Positions 1 to 12,129 of a stretch of DNA of 64,000 bases are shown piece by piece (the stretch's first letter is position 1; each line of letters begins with the position of its first letter). The position numbers and the translations under genes are program-made. The stretch is from Toensbergia leucococca (taxonomy: Eukaryota). The notes beneath the pieces were generated by a model, which did not search any database, was not told where the DNA came from, and worked only from the letters and a program-made list of their open reading frames with translations. The stretch is from positions 62,001 through 126,000 of the forward strand of contig JALDZS010000023.1 in NCBI GenBank assembly GCA_022813965.1, in the 5' to 3' direction.

Positions 1-1600
1 GAAGGTGAAATGGAGCCTACTGTGCTCATAGTAGGTAAGTCTCCTCTGCTTTGAATGCCATAAGAATAGAAGGAGAAGGCTCTAACACTATCGAGCGTAA
101 AGGCGCTGGCCAGGGAGGGTTGAGCTTAGCTGCTCGTTTGAAACAACTAGGTGTCAAAACTTTGGTCGTGGATCGTAATCCTCGGATTGGAGACAACTGG
201 CGAAATCGATATCATCAATTAGTACTTCATGATTCTGTGTGGTAAGCTTAGAGGCCGTGTCGGCTTCTACGCAGAGAAGTAGCCCAATGTTAATCTGAAA
301 TTGTAGGTATGATCATATGCCATATCTAAATTTCCCACCAAATTGGCCCGTAAGTTACTCTGAGAGTTATTTCCATGACGCTTTGAGGAAAAAGCTAGAG
401 TGTCATAGGTCTTTACACCGAAGGATAAGCTCGCAGAATGGTTCGAGTTCTATGCAAACGTACTGGAGCTCAACGTCTGGACTAAGACCACTTTGAAAGC
501 CTCGAAATGGGATGACACCCTTCAAAAGTGGACAGTGACACTCGAACGTGAAAGAGATGGGAAATTAGAAAGCCGTAAGCCCGCTCATTACTTCCCTAAT
601 TGAGGGAACAAGACCTTACATACCTACAAAGGCACATTACACCCAGACCACATCGTCCAAGCCACTGGCCATTCCGGCGAAGCAAACTTCCCTTCCCACA
701 TCGAAGGTCTCGGCGATTTCAAAGGTGATCGCTTGGTCCACTCGTCTCAATTCACCGGCCCGCATTCCAACGGCAAAGGTAAGAAAGCAGTCATAGTAGG
801 CTGTTGCAACTCCGGCCACGACATCGCCCAAGATTTTTATGAACATGGATACGACGTCACCATGATTCAGCGGAGTTCCACTCTCGTTGTGACAAGCAAA
901 ACGCTCATTGACGTGACCATGAAGGGACTTTACTCGGAAGATGGGGTACACCACCCTTCCTGCGCTTTCCACTCTATCAGTCCTCGTTTCACTAATCCGC
1001 CTCCTTATCTCTCAGCCTCCCCTCGAAGACGCTGACCTTATCAACATGTCGGTGCCTAATCCCGTCTCCAAGCGCTTCCACGTTGATTCAGCACTAGCCA
1101 TGGTACAGCTTGACGAGCCTCTCCTCAAAGGCCTCGTCGCTGCCGGCTTCGCGCTTGACTGCGGCCCGGACAGGTCCGGGCTTTTCATGAAATACCTCCA
1201 CCGCGGCGGTGGCTATTATATCGACGTTGGCGCCTCGCAGCTGATCGCCTCAGGCAAGATCAAAATCAAGCAGGGCCAGGAAATCACACGTGTCAATGCG
1301 CACAGCATCACTCTGGCGGATGGAGCGGAGCTTGAGGCCGATGAGATTGTGTTTGCCACGGGGTATTCCAATATGCGGGACACGGCGAAAAAGATCTTTG
1401 GAGAGGAAGTGGCTGGCAGAGTGGGGGATGTGTGGGGATTGGATCAGGAAGGCGAGGTCAGGGGTATGTGGCGGAAGTCGGGGCATCCGGGATTTTGGTT
1501 CTTCGGGGGTAATTTGGCGCTTTGTAGATATTATTCCAGGCTACTGGCATTGCAGATCAAGGGGCTGGAGGCGGGCATCACCAAGTACGAGGATGCTTGA
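1..1600 (+). CDS. Flavin-containing monooxygenase (FMO/YUCCA/BVMO-like), 5'-truncated by the window, multi-exon
   Basis: Spliced reading gives the FAD motif VLIVGAGQGGL, WRNRY..L.LH, ATGHSG, the FMO fingerprint FKGDRLVHSSQF, the NADPH motif VVGCCNSGHD-like (IVGCCNSGHDIA) and ATGY. Introns read by eye, e.g. 35-102. Stop TGA at 1598-1600. Confidence 0.9.
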
Positions 1601-1614
1601 TTTTCTTTTCTTGG

Positions 1615-1650
1615 GTATGAGCAACTCCCTGAGTATGAGCAACTCCTTGA
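1615..1650. repeat. Tandem 18-bp duplication in the FMO 3' UTR
   Basis: gtatgagcaactccctga (1615-1632) followed by gtatgagcaactccttga (1633-1650), one mismatch. Confidence 0.85.
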
Positions 1651-2633
1651 GGATTCTGCTGACGCGGATGACAATGGCACTTTGTTCTACTTTCTTTTCC
1701 TCCGCTTTGATTTTCGGTGACCTGAGATTTCTTGAGGAAACGGGTTAGAATATGGATTGTGGTACTCGAGCCACCGGGACGCTTTTTTGAGATTTTGGTT
1801 TGATCCAATAGAGCTCATGTCAGACAATTGCTTGGGAGATTGTTGTCATTGGCGGAGAGCAAAAGTATTGAATAGAATAGTGCTTCCGAGTCGGGACATT
1901 GAAAGAGGGAGCCAACCGGTGAATGGAAAATCATGCTGACCCTACATCCAAACCTGCCTTTTGGGGGCCGAAATATCCTTCCCAGGTGCTGAGATGGCTT
2001 CAAGATCTACCCATCCCATTCCAAAACACGCCCTAACCTATCCATTATTCTAGGGCTGAATTAGTATCAGAAACCTCTATTTCAGTCCCCCCCACAGTCC
2101 TTCCAATCTCATATTCCCCCAAAACACGTAACAAAACCCACCTCCCCTCCCCTCCCCGCAAAGCACAATACCTAGGTAGAAACATCTAAAAAGCTGCAGA
2201 GCGGTAGGATAGAGATATCCGTAACAGCGGCGACGGCGACAACTGCAACGTCCCCAGAAAACCAGTCCGACGGGCCAGAATCCATGCCTCGTATTGGCTG
2301 ACTCCCGCCCAAAGTATTCTGCTTAAGTTTCTATATTTAGGTAGGGTATCCCCTGGATCCCAGCGGGCACTATCTTAAATTCTGAAGGGGGGCGGGCGGC
2401 TCGTTTCATCCTGAGGCTGAGCGCCCCCACCACCACCCAGCGCAGCAACTAAAGAAAGGCTTCCAAAACAAAAACAACAAAAAAAGACTTCATAGATAAA
2501 AACCCAACTTCCGTAGCACACACAAACACTGTTCAATAAACTCCTCATTCTACAGTCCTCCCGGCCCCCCTCCCGCCCCCAAAAGCAAACCCTCCCCCAT
2601 CAGAATCAGGATAAGCGGGAGTGCTATTTTTTC

Positions 2634-2657
2634 AAAAAAAAAAAAAAAAAAAAAAAA
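2634..2657 (+). repeat. Poly(A)24 tract just upstream of the membrane-protein gene
   Basis: 24 consecutive A, 21 nt before the ATG at 2679. Confidence 0.9.
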
Positions 2658-2678
2658 TCCAACAAAATAATAAACTCG

Positions 2679-3697
2679 ATGAAAACTTCGCAAACATCGT
2701 CCCCCTACAAATATTCCGATATCCAACTCCAGACTGCTCGCGTCCAGGATTCGGCGGCGCATCATCATCATCATCATCTTCATGCGCTGCCCAAGATGTT
2801 CTCGCCGGCGGCGGGATACTATCCGCTGCCGGCGGAGCGATTTGCCGAGGACAATGAACGCGTGGAGTTGCTCAGTGAGCGGGATATGGTAAGGGAACAC
2901 CACTGTTACACCCTGTCTAGTTAAGATGGGCGCAGATGAATTGCGCGCACCATTTCCTTTTCATACAGGATCACTGGGGTCTTTGAAAACATGGCAATGG
3001 TCTGGGAAATGAAGTTGACAAAATCCTCGGTTTTTCCAGAGTCTCAAACGGGTCATCCGCATATCTAGATTTATATCTCGAGTCCTCACGCTCCTCCTCT
3101 CCGCATACATGACTACCGCCATGGCTCTGACTCTTCACAAATACCTCTCCACGCGGGACATCATTGTTTCCGGCCGCAACGCCTGGGCCAAGGATACAAG
3201 CACGTGGCCCACCATAGTTCTCCTCAGCGCTTCTTCCTTCACTTTCCTGTTCAGTATCGTCACTCTTGCCGCTTACTTAATAAGTGTACGCGCCGCCAAC
3301 ACAGCAAACAACGTATGTACCCTTGGGGGTCTAATCGAGTTAGTCGCGCACATGGTGGCATGGATAAGCACAGCGGCGCTCTATCGATTTGGGAAGAACG
3401 TGCATGATCTGTGGGGTTGGAGCTGCAGTGAAAAGGCGCAGAATATCCAGGGAGAGTTTCGGGACGTGGTGGATTTCTCGAGGTTTTGCACTATCCAGGT
3501 GGGTAAAGTGCACTGTGCGGGGTTCTTGCAACAAGCTGACGAGAGTGCCTGTATAGACCGGATCCTGGTATACGAGCATCATACAAGCGGGTACCGCTTA
3601 TCTAACGTTATTCGTGTACGCCTTGGCATGGAGAAGATTGAAGCACAAGAAAGAATTGCAAAGTCGTGGTGTTGTGGATCGTGGATCAAGGATATAA
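2679..3697 (+). CDS. Uncharacterised ~4-TM fungal membrane protein (MARVEL-like topology), 3 exons
   Basis: Exons 2679-2888, 3040-3498 and 3557-3697 join in frame (ERDM|SLKRVIRISRFISRVL...FCTIQ|TGSWYTSIIQ...). It has four hydrophobic segments and a DLWGWSC...C motif. A downstream ATG at 2796 is an alternative start. Confidence 0.75.
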
Positions 3698-3787
3698 GAC
3701 CAGGTGGAACACTCCATACACGGAAGGATGATCAATTATAGCTCAGTCTTATGACGAAACGACGTGATGACAATTGCGAATGAAATA

Positions 3788-5483
3788 TTAACCAATTTTC
3801 TTCTCCAACTTCTTGAAAAAGCGGTTCACACCCTTGTCAATTCTATCAGCTCCTTGCTCAACCTTGCCAGTTCGCTTTTCAGAACCAGATTTGGAAGATT
3901 TACGATGTCCATGGCTATTAGCCTCTTCCTCCGTAGGTCGGTATACCTGACTATGAACATCATATTCGCTACTCGACGAACGGTGTCCGTGATGCTGTTG
4001 AGGCTGATTGTACTGATAGTCGGAATAGCCACCTACGGGTTGCTGCAAGTTCGGGCGCGACTGGAGATAGTCTGCATACTGTGGCTGCAAATGCTGCAGA
4101 GGTTGCTGAGGTTGGCCGATGTAAGAATTCCCAAGGATCTCTGTAGCCGGCGATTCTGGCGGAAAGGAACCTCGGTTGTAGGGTCCGGTAGTCGAGTCTT
4201 GTGGAGCAGGGCTAAATGGAGAGGTGTATTGCTGAGAGTGAAGACTTGCGGTTTGTGGGCTTTTTGGCGGCGCAGCGAAGGAAGTTGCCTGGGTTTGAGA
4301 GTATGGGCTGGAGGACGTCCCAGCACTTTGAGGTGGTGGAGGGGGGAAGGTTGAAACGTTCGAAGTACGGTGACCTGGAGCAAACGGTGATGAGGTTGGT
4401 GCGTATCCCGACGGCGGTGGTGACGAAATAGAAGAACCAACTGGAGTCGAAGTTTGATTAGGGCTGAAGCGCACTTGTTTTGATTGTCCAGGAGCCCTCT
4501 GAGAAGGAGGTAACGACCCTTGACCTTGGAAAGGCGACGGCGAGAAGTGTTGGACCTGGTCGTGGTATGCAGCTGCGGCAAGACCAGTACCGGCTTCGGC
4601 TTCTGGTGGCGGAGGAGTTTTCTCACGATGCTTGAAAGGTTCTGGCGCAGCAGGTGCTGCGGGATTGTAGGCTAAAGGTTGAAAGGTCGTTCGATCTTCA
4701 ACCTTTGGCATATCTCTTTCGTTTTCTTGCTGCGGAGGGCTTGCCACAGGGGACTGAGCAAATGAGCCAGATGCTGCTCTAGAATCTCGGGTCTGGCCAT
4801 TATGATAAGCTGGGTCAGTAAAAGCAACACTCTCGAGCTGCTGTACTACGGGACTCATAGAATCTTGATGAGCTGCTGGAATAGGGGGCATGTCAAGAAC
4901 CTCGAGCTGGTCTTTATCAAGTATCTTTCTGACGGCTTCAATGAAGCTGTTTGCATCCTCCGCAGTCCAGAAATATAGATCAACTGTATGAAGGCGAAAG
5001 AGGAACTTTCCCTCGTCTCGAGGATCTGAGCTTGGCAGTCTCCAGAGATGCTTTTCATTCTGAGGTGGCGGCGAAGCAATTTCTTGATGGTTTTGGTAGC
5101 CATCGACTGTCACGGTGCAGAGTGTTGGATGTTTATGGGATTGCTGTATCTTGGTTGAGTCGAGGACTTGGTAAATACACATTAGCCTCGGTCCTCTCAT
5201 ACTTCGGCGATATCTTGAATTGGTACTTACGGCCAGTGAAAGCGTCTTGTTCTGGCTTTCCCACGTTATTTGCTATTTCTAGTCTCCCTCCGGTTCGGTG
5301 GATGTTTTGATATAGATAGACATAGGATGTCTTGTCGAACCTGTGATGAAGCGGTCTTGGTGTTGGGGCGCTGAAATAGTAGTGGACATCGGCGAAGCTA
5401 GACCCAGTTGTCAGTCTCTGAGAAAGGTAAATGCGGCGTCTACTTTACAGTGTCAATAAACGCTCTTCTCCGTGGCTAGACAT
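3788..5483 (-). CDS. Conserved fungal protein: folded N-terminal domain plus a long Pro/Gln/Ser-rich tail, 3 exons
   Basis: Spliced N-terminus MSSHGEERLLTL|FADVHYYFSAPTPRPLHHRFDKTSYVYLY...NNVGKPEQDAFTG joins ORF 3788..5200, which contains HREKTPPPPE and ends GVNRFFKKLEKKIG. Confidence 0.8.
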
Positions 5484-6196
5484 ATTTGATAGAAGGGATG
5501 TTTCAATAGGACCACAGCTTAATTTCTATTCTGCGTACGAAAGTAAAGAGCACGTTAGAACGGAAGCCCACTCATGGCTGATTTGCGCGTTTCAGGCAAG
5601 TGATAAGATACGGCGTAGAATACCTTACTGACAGTTGCTGAGTAGGCGCTTCTCGGCGTTGACGTTACCGACCTGTTTTCCGCTAGTCGCAAGCTGCAGG
5701 ATGGGTAATATCGGTTTCCCAATTGCTATATGGCACACCACCATGAAGGCATGTCTGGGAACAATACCTATGCTCTGTAGTGGCAACTGCACGTTGTTGG
5801 CCATGGGAAACAAGGAGGCATACAAAAGTGAAGCGAGGGTGCCAGGGGCAGCCGAGGCAAAAACCTGAACCACTGGCCATGACTTCCTGTTCTGAATCAC
5901 CACATGTTGTCAACCAAGCTTCTCCTAACTCCTACCTACTATTCCAGAAACTTTCTTCCCCTCATGGCGTTATTGAATGTTTCAGAGTGATCGGGATATC
6001 GATTGATTTGTTGTTCTTGTGAGTAGTGCAACCACTCATCAACACAGCTTCGCGACCTCTGTTTTGACGCGTGCTTGTAAAAGGGCAAAGGGGGTTTGGA
6101 ACCTTTGCTTTCATTTCACACCTCGTACACCAAAGCCCTTTGCTTTTCACTTCTGAAAGCGTCGCACTCGCTTACATTGTGTCGGAAATCATAGTC

Positions 6197-7942
6197 ATGT
6201 CAAGACGATCCAGCAACGGTATCCGTAATTTGCGGGCCGTGTTCGAAGGAGAGCACGAATCAACAACCCCAATTTCTCGCGGGCGATCTCCGGCTGGTTC
6301 AGAGAGTGCATTGAGTGACTGTTCAAGACCTGTTTCGAAAGTACGGACAAGCTTCATCACTGTCAACCGAAGTGACAAAATGGGTCCTCAGCTTGGCCAA
6401 CAGAAATCTAGCATCAATGGGGAGGCCGTTTCAAGTCTAGACGGATCAATTGATTCCACGACAAACTTGAATAGCAATACTCCTGAGTCCGTGGAAAAAG
6501 CTATCAATGCAGTCCCATCGTCGTCTTCTACCGAGACCGCAAAGCCTTCAGTACAAGCAAAGGAGAAAGATGGAATAGATGAATTACAAGGGGTTAACGG
6601 CGATAATTCCCTAGATTCAAACTCACCTACGACTGATGTATCAAGCATTAGCCCGGACAAGAAGATTTCTGCTACTAAAGATGACACGGCCAATTCAGAG
6701 AGTGCTGTATCTGGCGGAGCTGCTGTGGATGAAGAGCCTGGAGAACTTGGCGGCTTGCTCAAGGGATCGCCCTTCGAATCAAAGTCAAGTACGGGTACAA
6801 AGCCAGAGGCTTTGGAAGCCCAAAATCTTGATATTGATCAAGGCCCGTCATCGTCTTCCAAGCTTGTTACGTTGTCGGCCGATGCAATGGTCAACGGGCA
6901 TAACGAAGAGACCACCGAAACCAGCCAGGTACCTGTAGCAACATCAAACCCAACACGTCCCGTGCCATCCATTGCTTCTACGAAGGAAAAGGCTCTACTA
7001 GCGTCCGCGGGTTCTGCAGCAACCTCGAACGGAACCTCCAGTAGGGCTCCCATTACGCGATTGTCTACACACACCGCAAGCAATATCGATAGGCAGCTGC
7101 CTTCAAAAAATGCAACACCAAGGCAGTCAGTTCCAAAACCCGAATCGTACGGAAAAACAGCCAAAGAGCACAAGAAAGCCGCAGTCGGAACCGCAGGTCG
7201 ATCTTCTTTAGCATCTACTACCTCTGGAGTCCCTTCAGGGTCGAGAACGAAGCAGGCTTTGACCGCATCAGACACTAAGTCAATCAAGAAGACAAATTCT
7301 ATCTCTCCGATCACAAAACTCCGTCCAAAGTCTCCGACTCGTCCTGCCCGCCTGCCTACTTCAGCTACAGCATCTACAGCATCGTCTGCCGCGAAGCTTG
7401 ACAGCCAACCTAATTCCCTATCAAGATCTCCAAGTCGTGCAAGCATCGCTAGCACAGCTAGCACAAGTCTTGGTCGTAAACCTTCCACATTAAGGAAAGA
7501 TCGTACCACAGCATCTCTCCAAGGTCCAGCGCAAGGCACAGCATCATATCTCCGGAAAAAATCATCTCGGACGTCTTTGCCAGCATCCAATGCTGTAGGC
7601 GAACGAAGAAAGCCCAGAATTAGCACGGCAGAATCAAAAGCTCCTGAAGAGGGTTTTCTAGCCCGGATGATGCGTCCTACCCAAAGCTCTGCCAGTAAGA
7701 TACATGAGAAAGCTGAACCAAGCACACCTCCAAAGAAAGGATTGCCTGTGAGGCTCAAGAGAAAAAGCGATGAAAAGGGTGGTGTGGAAAATGGCAGCAA
7801 ACTAGAAGAGATTGCTTCCGGCCTGTCGGTGCAGACTGAAGTCCCCGATGCGACTTCTGCAATTGAGGGTGCAGTTGAGACGTCAGATGGGCCTTCAGGA
7901 TCTGCACCACCTCTGGAAACGAAGCATGCTCAAATTGATTAG
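6197..7942 (+). CDS. Ser/Thr/Pro-rich disordered protein with a basic C-terminal half (possibly microtubule-associated)
   Basis: Uninterrupted ORF from ATG 6197. It has an IRNLRAVFE N-terminal motif, RPKSPTRPARLP and FLARMMRPTQSSASK. Confidence 0.75.
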   Translation: MSRRSSNGIRNLRAVFEGEHESTTPISRGRSPAGSESALSDCSRPVSKVRTSFITVNRSDKMGPQLGQQKSSINGEAVSSLDGSIDSTTNLNSNTPESVEKAINAVPSSSSTETAKPSVQAKEKDGIDELQGVNGDNSLDSNSPTTDVSSISPDKKISATKDDTANSESAVSGGAAVDEEPGELGGLLKGSPFESKSSTGTKPEALEAQNLDIDQGPSSSSKLVTLSADAMVNGHNEETTETSQVPVATSNPTRPVPSIASTKEKALLASAGSAATSNGTSSRAPITRLSTHTASNIDRQLPSKNATPRQSVPKPESYGKTAKEHKKAAVGTAGRSSLASTTSGVPSGSRTKQALTASDTKSIKKTNSISPITKLRPKSPTRPARLPTSATASTASSAAKLDSQPNSLSRSPSRASIASTASTSLGRKPSTLRKDRTTASLQGPAQGTASYLRKKSSRTSLPASNAVGERRKPRISTAESKAPEEGFLARMMRPTQSSASKIHEKAEPSTPPKKGLPVRLKRKSDEKGGVENGSKLEEIASGLSVQTEVPDATSAIEGAVETSDGPSGSAPPLETKHAQID

Positions 7943-8267
7943 GGCCTTAGAGATTTGAGTGATATGTTGTCGCACTTCAGATTGGAAGGCCGGATAGCTC
8001 CACAAGCTATGAAAGTCTTGGGTTGCTCTTTGAGATTAGATACGGGTGTATTTCGTCTTTGTACCAATTAGCGTGGAGCGCGGGTCGTGAGAATTGTTGT
8101 ACACTAATACTCCATTGAATCGTGGTAGTTCAATTAGAGTCAGATTTTGTACTGGTTCCTCCTACAAAAACCGTAATGACAATGCATCACCACGGCACGA
8201 AGCCCTCAAACTCCACGCAATGCTCATCATTCTCGCTCATCCATACTCCCTTCATCCCTTTCTCACT

Positions 8268-8780
8268 TTACAGAGCCCGACAAAGCAACATCCCCCCTAG
8301 CTTCCTCTCCACACACTCCCTGGCCTCCATAATCCCCCGATCAGTACTGACAAACAAACACTCCCCCACCCCCCTCAACCCCCTGACATAACCCCTCTTC
8401 TCCCCACGACACAGCGCCTCCAACTCCTCCACCCCCATCCAAATCCTCCGTGTCGGCTTACTCACCATCTTCATCTGCCTCAAGACTGGTTCATTATTCC
8501 AATACTTCAGCCCCACCCACAGCCGTCTGGACGCCACGTTGGCTTGGGTTACCGGTTCGATTTCGTGGGGGGAGGGATTAGGCATTGAGGGTGGGAGAAG
8601 GGATGATGGGGGCGGCGGGGTGGGGCCGCCGAGGGTGAGGGTCGAGAGGAGGCCGGAGCGTTGGAGGGAGAGGAGGAGGAGGAGGTGGAGGCGGGTGCGG
8701 GGGAGGGAGGTGAGACCCAAGTGGGCTTTGGAGGCGTTTTGGAGGTGGGAGCAGAGGTTTGAGAGGTGGACTAGGGACAT
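8268..8780 (-). CDS. MRPS8: Mitochondrial small ribosomal subunit protein uS8m
   Basis: MSLVHLSNLCSHLQNASKAHLGLTSLP...RRLWVGLKYWNNEPVL...SKPTRRIW...STDRGIMEARECVERKLGGMLLCR is typical of fungal S8. ATG at 8780. Confidence 0.92.
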   Translation of the reverse strand: MSLVHLSNLCSHLQNASKAHLGLTSLPRTRLHLLLLLSLQRSGLLSTLTLGGPTPPPPSSLLPPSMPNPSPHEIEPVTQANVASRRLWVGLKYWNNEPVLRQMKMVSKPTRRIWMGVEELEALCRGEKRGYVRGLRGVGECLFVSTDRGIMEARECVERKLGGMLLCRAL

Positions 8781-9320
8781 TTCTTCTATTGGGGGGCGGG
8801 TGGAGTATGGTTGTTTCTTAGAGAAGGGGCGCGGTGGGCGCTGGGGTTTGTTAGATGGATGTTTGTAGGAATTTTGGTTCAGGAAACTTGCCAATGAGAT
8901 GGTTTGAGTATTAATTGTGGGCCAATATGGTCGCGCTGAATGTGGTTGCTGGGGTTGGTATTTGGCCGAAGCTGTCTGAAGTCTTGGGCGGAAAGGAAAA
9001 AGCTGTCAGCCCTATGGCTTCCCGCGACTGCAGACACGACTTAGAGTACGGAATCACGAAAGCTCAACCTTCGACCAGAGAGCAGATCCCTTTTGATCTC
9101 AAGTTTCGGTGCATTTGACCAAAGATACAACATCTCACGGTTCTACACTTCTACATAATGTGTATTGCATCTGTAAACTTTGCGACTAAGGTGTATCAAG
9201 ACATTTCGCTACTGTCGACTGGATCAAGTCTGTTCTTGTTAATCAAGGATGTGAGGAGATTCATTCATAATCGTTAAGTCTAACCTCCTCTCAGCTTGTA
9301 CAATGTATCCAAATTCCGCT

Positions 9321-11348
9321 TCATGCATCCTCAAGCAAAATATCATCATCCTCATCCTCATCCTCCTCGTCCCGAACTCCAATTCCACTGTCCCATTTTC
9401 TCTTACCTTTTCCCTTTCCTCTCTTAATCTCGACAAAGCCTTCTACATCTTTGAATCGACAAGCACTGACAGGCGTCAACAAGCCTTTGTGCTCTGCCAC
9501 CTCGGCTCCCCGACTCTGCGCGTCTTTCACATGATTCTCCACTGTCCCGTCTACTCGATCCATACACGTCTTCATTTCCGCTTGCACAGCCTGTACAGCT
9601 CGCGTACCAGCAACTTTCTCCTCTTCCACTTTTCCTATCAGCCACATTCTCTCTCCCTCTACCTTTACCAATTCCCCCTTCGCTTCTTCGAGATTAGACG
9701 TCAGCTGTCCAATTTTCACGTTCAAGCCTCCAATCTCCTTCTCTCTTCCCTCCTTGGCCTGAGATATCTGACTTTCCATCTCCCGAATGATCCTTTGTTT
9801 CTCATGAACAGCACCTCTAAGTTCTTCATCCAGTCCCTCGAGCTGCTTAATTCGTTCTCCTCTCTCAACAGCCTCCTTTTCTGCTGCTCTCCTTCCTTGC
9901 GTTTCTGCCGCAACATGACATTCAAGATCCGCAACCGCTTCGTCCATCTCCGTCCGAAGATTAGACATGGAGGTGCAATGCCCTCTTTCTAATGTCGTAA
10001 CCAGAACTTCAAGCTTGGCAACTTCGACTCGATAAGTTTCAAGGGCGTCCTGGAGCTTTTGGATTGACCTTTCTTTCTCGTCAACGTCGTTTTCCATTTC
10101 CTTGGCTCTAGACTCAGCGATATCCACCTTCTCTCTCAATTTTTGGACTGTAATATCCAGCTCCTCGCGTCCACCTTTCTCGTTCAAATAGCACAAGTTG
10201 AGTTCCTCATTGTGAGTTCGTGCACGGTTTAATTGCTGAAGCGACGCATCGAAGTTGGCTCGTAGACTTGATTCCTGAGCTCTTAAATTGGACAGCGCGT
10301 CTTCAGCTAAAAGCACCTGTGCTCTCAAATTGTGCAGACGCTCAATCATAACGTCCATAATCGGTTGTGGGTCATCTGAAGGAAGACCTAAAGGAATTTC
10401 GCCAGGAAAGAGATATTCTAGAGAAAGACGGGCTGAGCGGAAGGACTTGATGTTAGAAGAGGATGGGAGTGACACTTGAGTTGCTGCGTCTGTGATCAAT
10501 TGGCTGGACGGTAAAGAGTCGCTTGACGGGACAGGAATATCATCAGTTGTGTCGGCCATTACGAGCTCATCGCTCCTGGAGGCATCGACGAGGCTCGAAG
10601 GAGGTGTTGATGTATTGGACCTGTCATCGAAGTCTGACGGTGGCTCCACTGTGGCTGATCTCTCTCGCATATCTCCTTTGAGCTTGGAAATCTCATTTTC
10701 TAATGCCTGAATCCTCTCATTGGCGACTTCGCTGTTCGCGCTATCTCCAATCTCGGTAAATAATTGTCTTTCCAAGGCTATTTGATCTTTCAATTCCTGG
10801 ATTTCAATTTTCCATTGTGCGTTATCCTTTCTTTCCGATTCTATTTGGTTGATCTCTTCACTCAAATTATTCCTCCTTAATCGTCGCTTGACTCGATTAT
10901 CAAGAACCTGACGGAGAGGCGCATATTGGATTTCCCCAGAGACAAGAGTATCTGACGAAAGGGACAGCGAAGAAGCAGTTTGTGTACCCACCGGAAGCGA
11001 AAGACGTCGACGTGGAGTATTCTCTAACAAACGAGGTGGATGGGAAGATACACGAGACTCGGATACCAAGATGGTTCGCTTGAGGGCAGGTGTGAGGCTA
11101 GTAGATGTAGAGGCTACTGATAGCTCGAGACCTGGATCAGAGAATCGGACCCGTTTCTTCGGCTTGGTAGGCGTCTTTGCGTTCTTGGAAGGATGCTGAT
11201 CGTGGTCGGAGAGTTCCTCAGGCCTACGACCACTTGCTTTAACAGGTTTATCCGCCAGACCAGTACTGCTTCGTCGTTTTCGACGAACTGCAATTGGCCT
11301 GTCATCTTCTATGGCATCCTGCATGTCCTGGCTGAGATGCCCTGTCAT
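9321..11348 (-). CDS. Uncharacterised coiled-coil protein, 675 aa, intronless
   Basis: Long ORF with basic NLS-like motifs (RRKRR, KKRVRFSDP, RRLRRNNLSEE) and a heptad-rich C-terminal half. Confidence 0.85.
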   Translation of the reverse strand: MTGHLSQDMQDAIEDDRPIAVRRKRRSSTGLADKPVKASGRRPEELSDHDQHPSKNAKTPTKPKKRVRFSDPGLELSVASTSTSLTPALKRTILVSESRVSSHPPRLLENTPRRRLSLPVGTQTASSLSLSSDTLVSGEIQYAPLRQVLDNRVKRRLRRNNLSEEINQIESERKDNAQWKIEIQELKDQIALERQLFTEIGDSANSEVANERIQALENEISKLKGDMRERSATVEPPSDFDDRSNTSTPPSSLVDASRSDELVMADTTDDIPVPSSDSLPSSQLITDAATQVSLPSSSNIKSFRSARLSLEYLFPGEIPLGLPSDDPQPIMDVMIERLHNLRAQVLLAEDALSNLRAQESSLRANFDASLQQLNRARTHNEELNLCYLNEKGGREELDITVQKLREKVDIAESRAKEMENDVDEKERSIQKLQDALETYRVEVAKLEVLVTTLERGHCTSMSNLRTEMDEAVADLECHVAAETQGRRAAEKEAVERGERIKQLEGLDEELRGAVHEKQRIIREMESQISQAKEGREKEIGGLNVKIGQLTSNLEEAKGELVKVEGERMWLIGKVEEEKVAGTRAVQAVQAEMKTCMDRVDGTVENHVKDAQSRGAEVAEHKGLLTPVSACRFKDVEGFVEIKRGKGKGKRKWDSGIGVRDEEDEDEDDDILLEDA

Positions 11349-12129
11349 TGCAAGAGCGCTTTCTGAGGATAGTAGAGGTAAAATAGAAGGCTAAACTTGG
11401 CCTTTATTGTGGTGTGATGTGCATGGATAAAGTGCATGAAGATTGTTCGCAAAGGACGAAGAGTTCTAGAGAGAGGGAATACCTAAGTATAAGAAAGAGT
11501 GAATAGTATATCTAGGCTACAGGTTGTGGAAGATGATCAACACTTCAGTCATGTAAACAATCGCTTAGCCGTAAGGGCTAGGCAGCATAACACGTCGAGC
11601 GCGTAGCATGATTGGATCCTGTCTCGTGATATAGCTAGCGCGTAATATAGGCAGGGCTTTGAGTCATCGGTAGACCTACGGATAGTCATCGGTCCGTCTG
11701 ATGCCGATGACCCAAGATTTCTAAATATGGTAGACAGATCTAATGTGGTGATGATTGTCATTTCGTTACATCACGCCTCGATTGCACCTTACCTTCCTAG
11801 AATTGACGAATCCCGGGTCACGCACATCATGTCCTGCGATACAAAATATCATAGATGGAAGGTCTCTGAAGAGCCCATAAAGTCAATCTGCCAAGGAGGA
11901 TCATTTCTTCGCTGATTTGACGGCTCCACCACTGACAAGGCACTAAGATCTCAAGTCATGGGCTTTCACCATTACCGATAGGCTTGCCTTCGGTACTAAT
12001 GGATGACGGCTATTGACAAACAACTATACTTTACCCATGAAGAGGACAATCATACGTCTCTTTAGCTCATTCTCATCATTAAACGCTCCACCCACTTCTA
12101 ATAGCAAGCTTGCACCAAAATATCCTACC

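Noticed and set aside
5600..6190. Short overlapping ORFs between two divergent genes
   Set aside because: No recognisable motif or codon bias; more simply promoter and 5' UTR sequence.
6838..7800. 320-aa minus-strand ORF (also 3764-4354, 9303-9992, 45598-46125, 50818-51372 and similar)
   Set aside because: These are antisense shadows of well-supported genes, with no independent motifs or splice signals.
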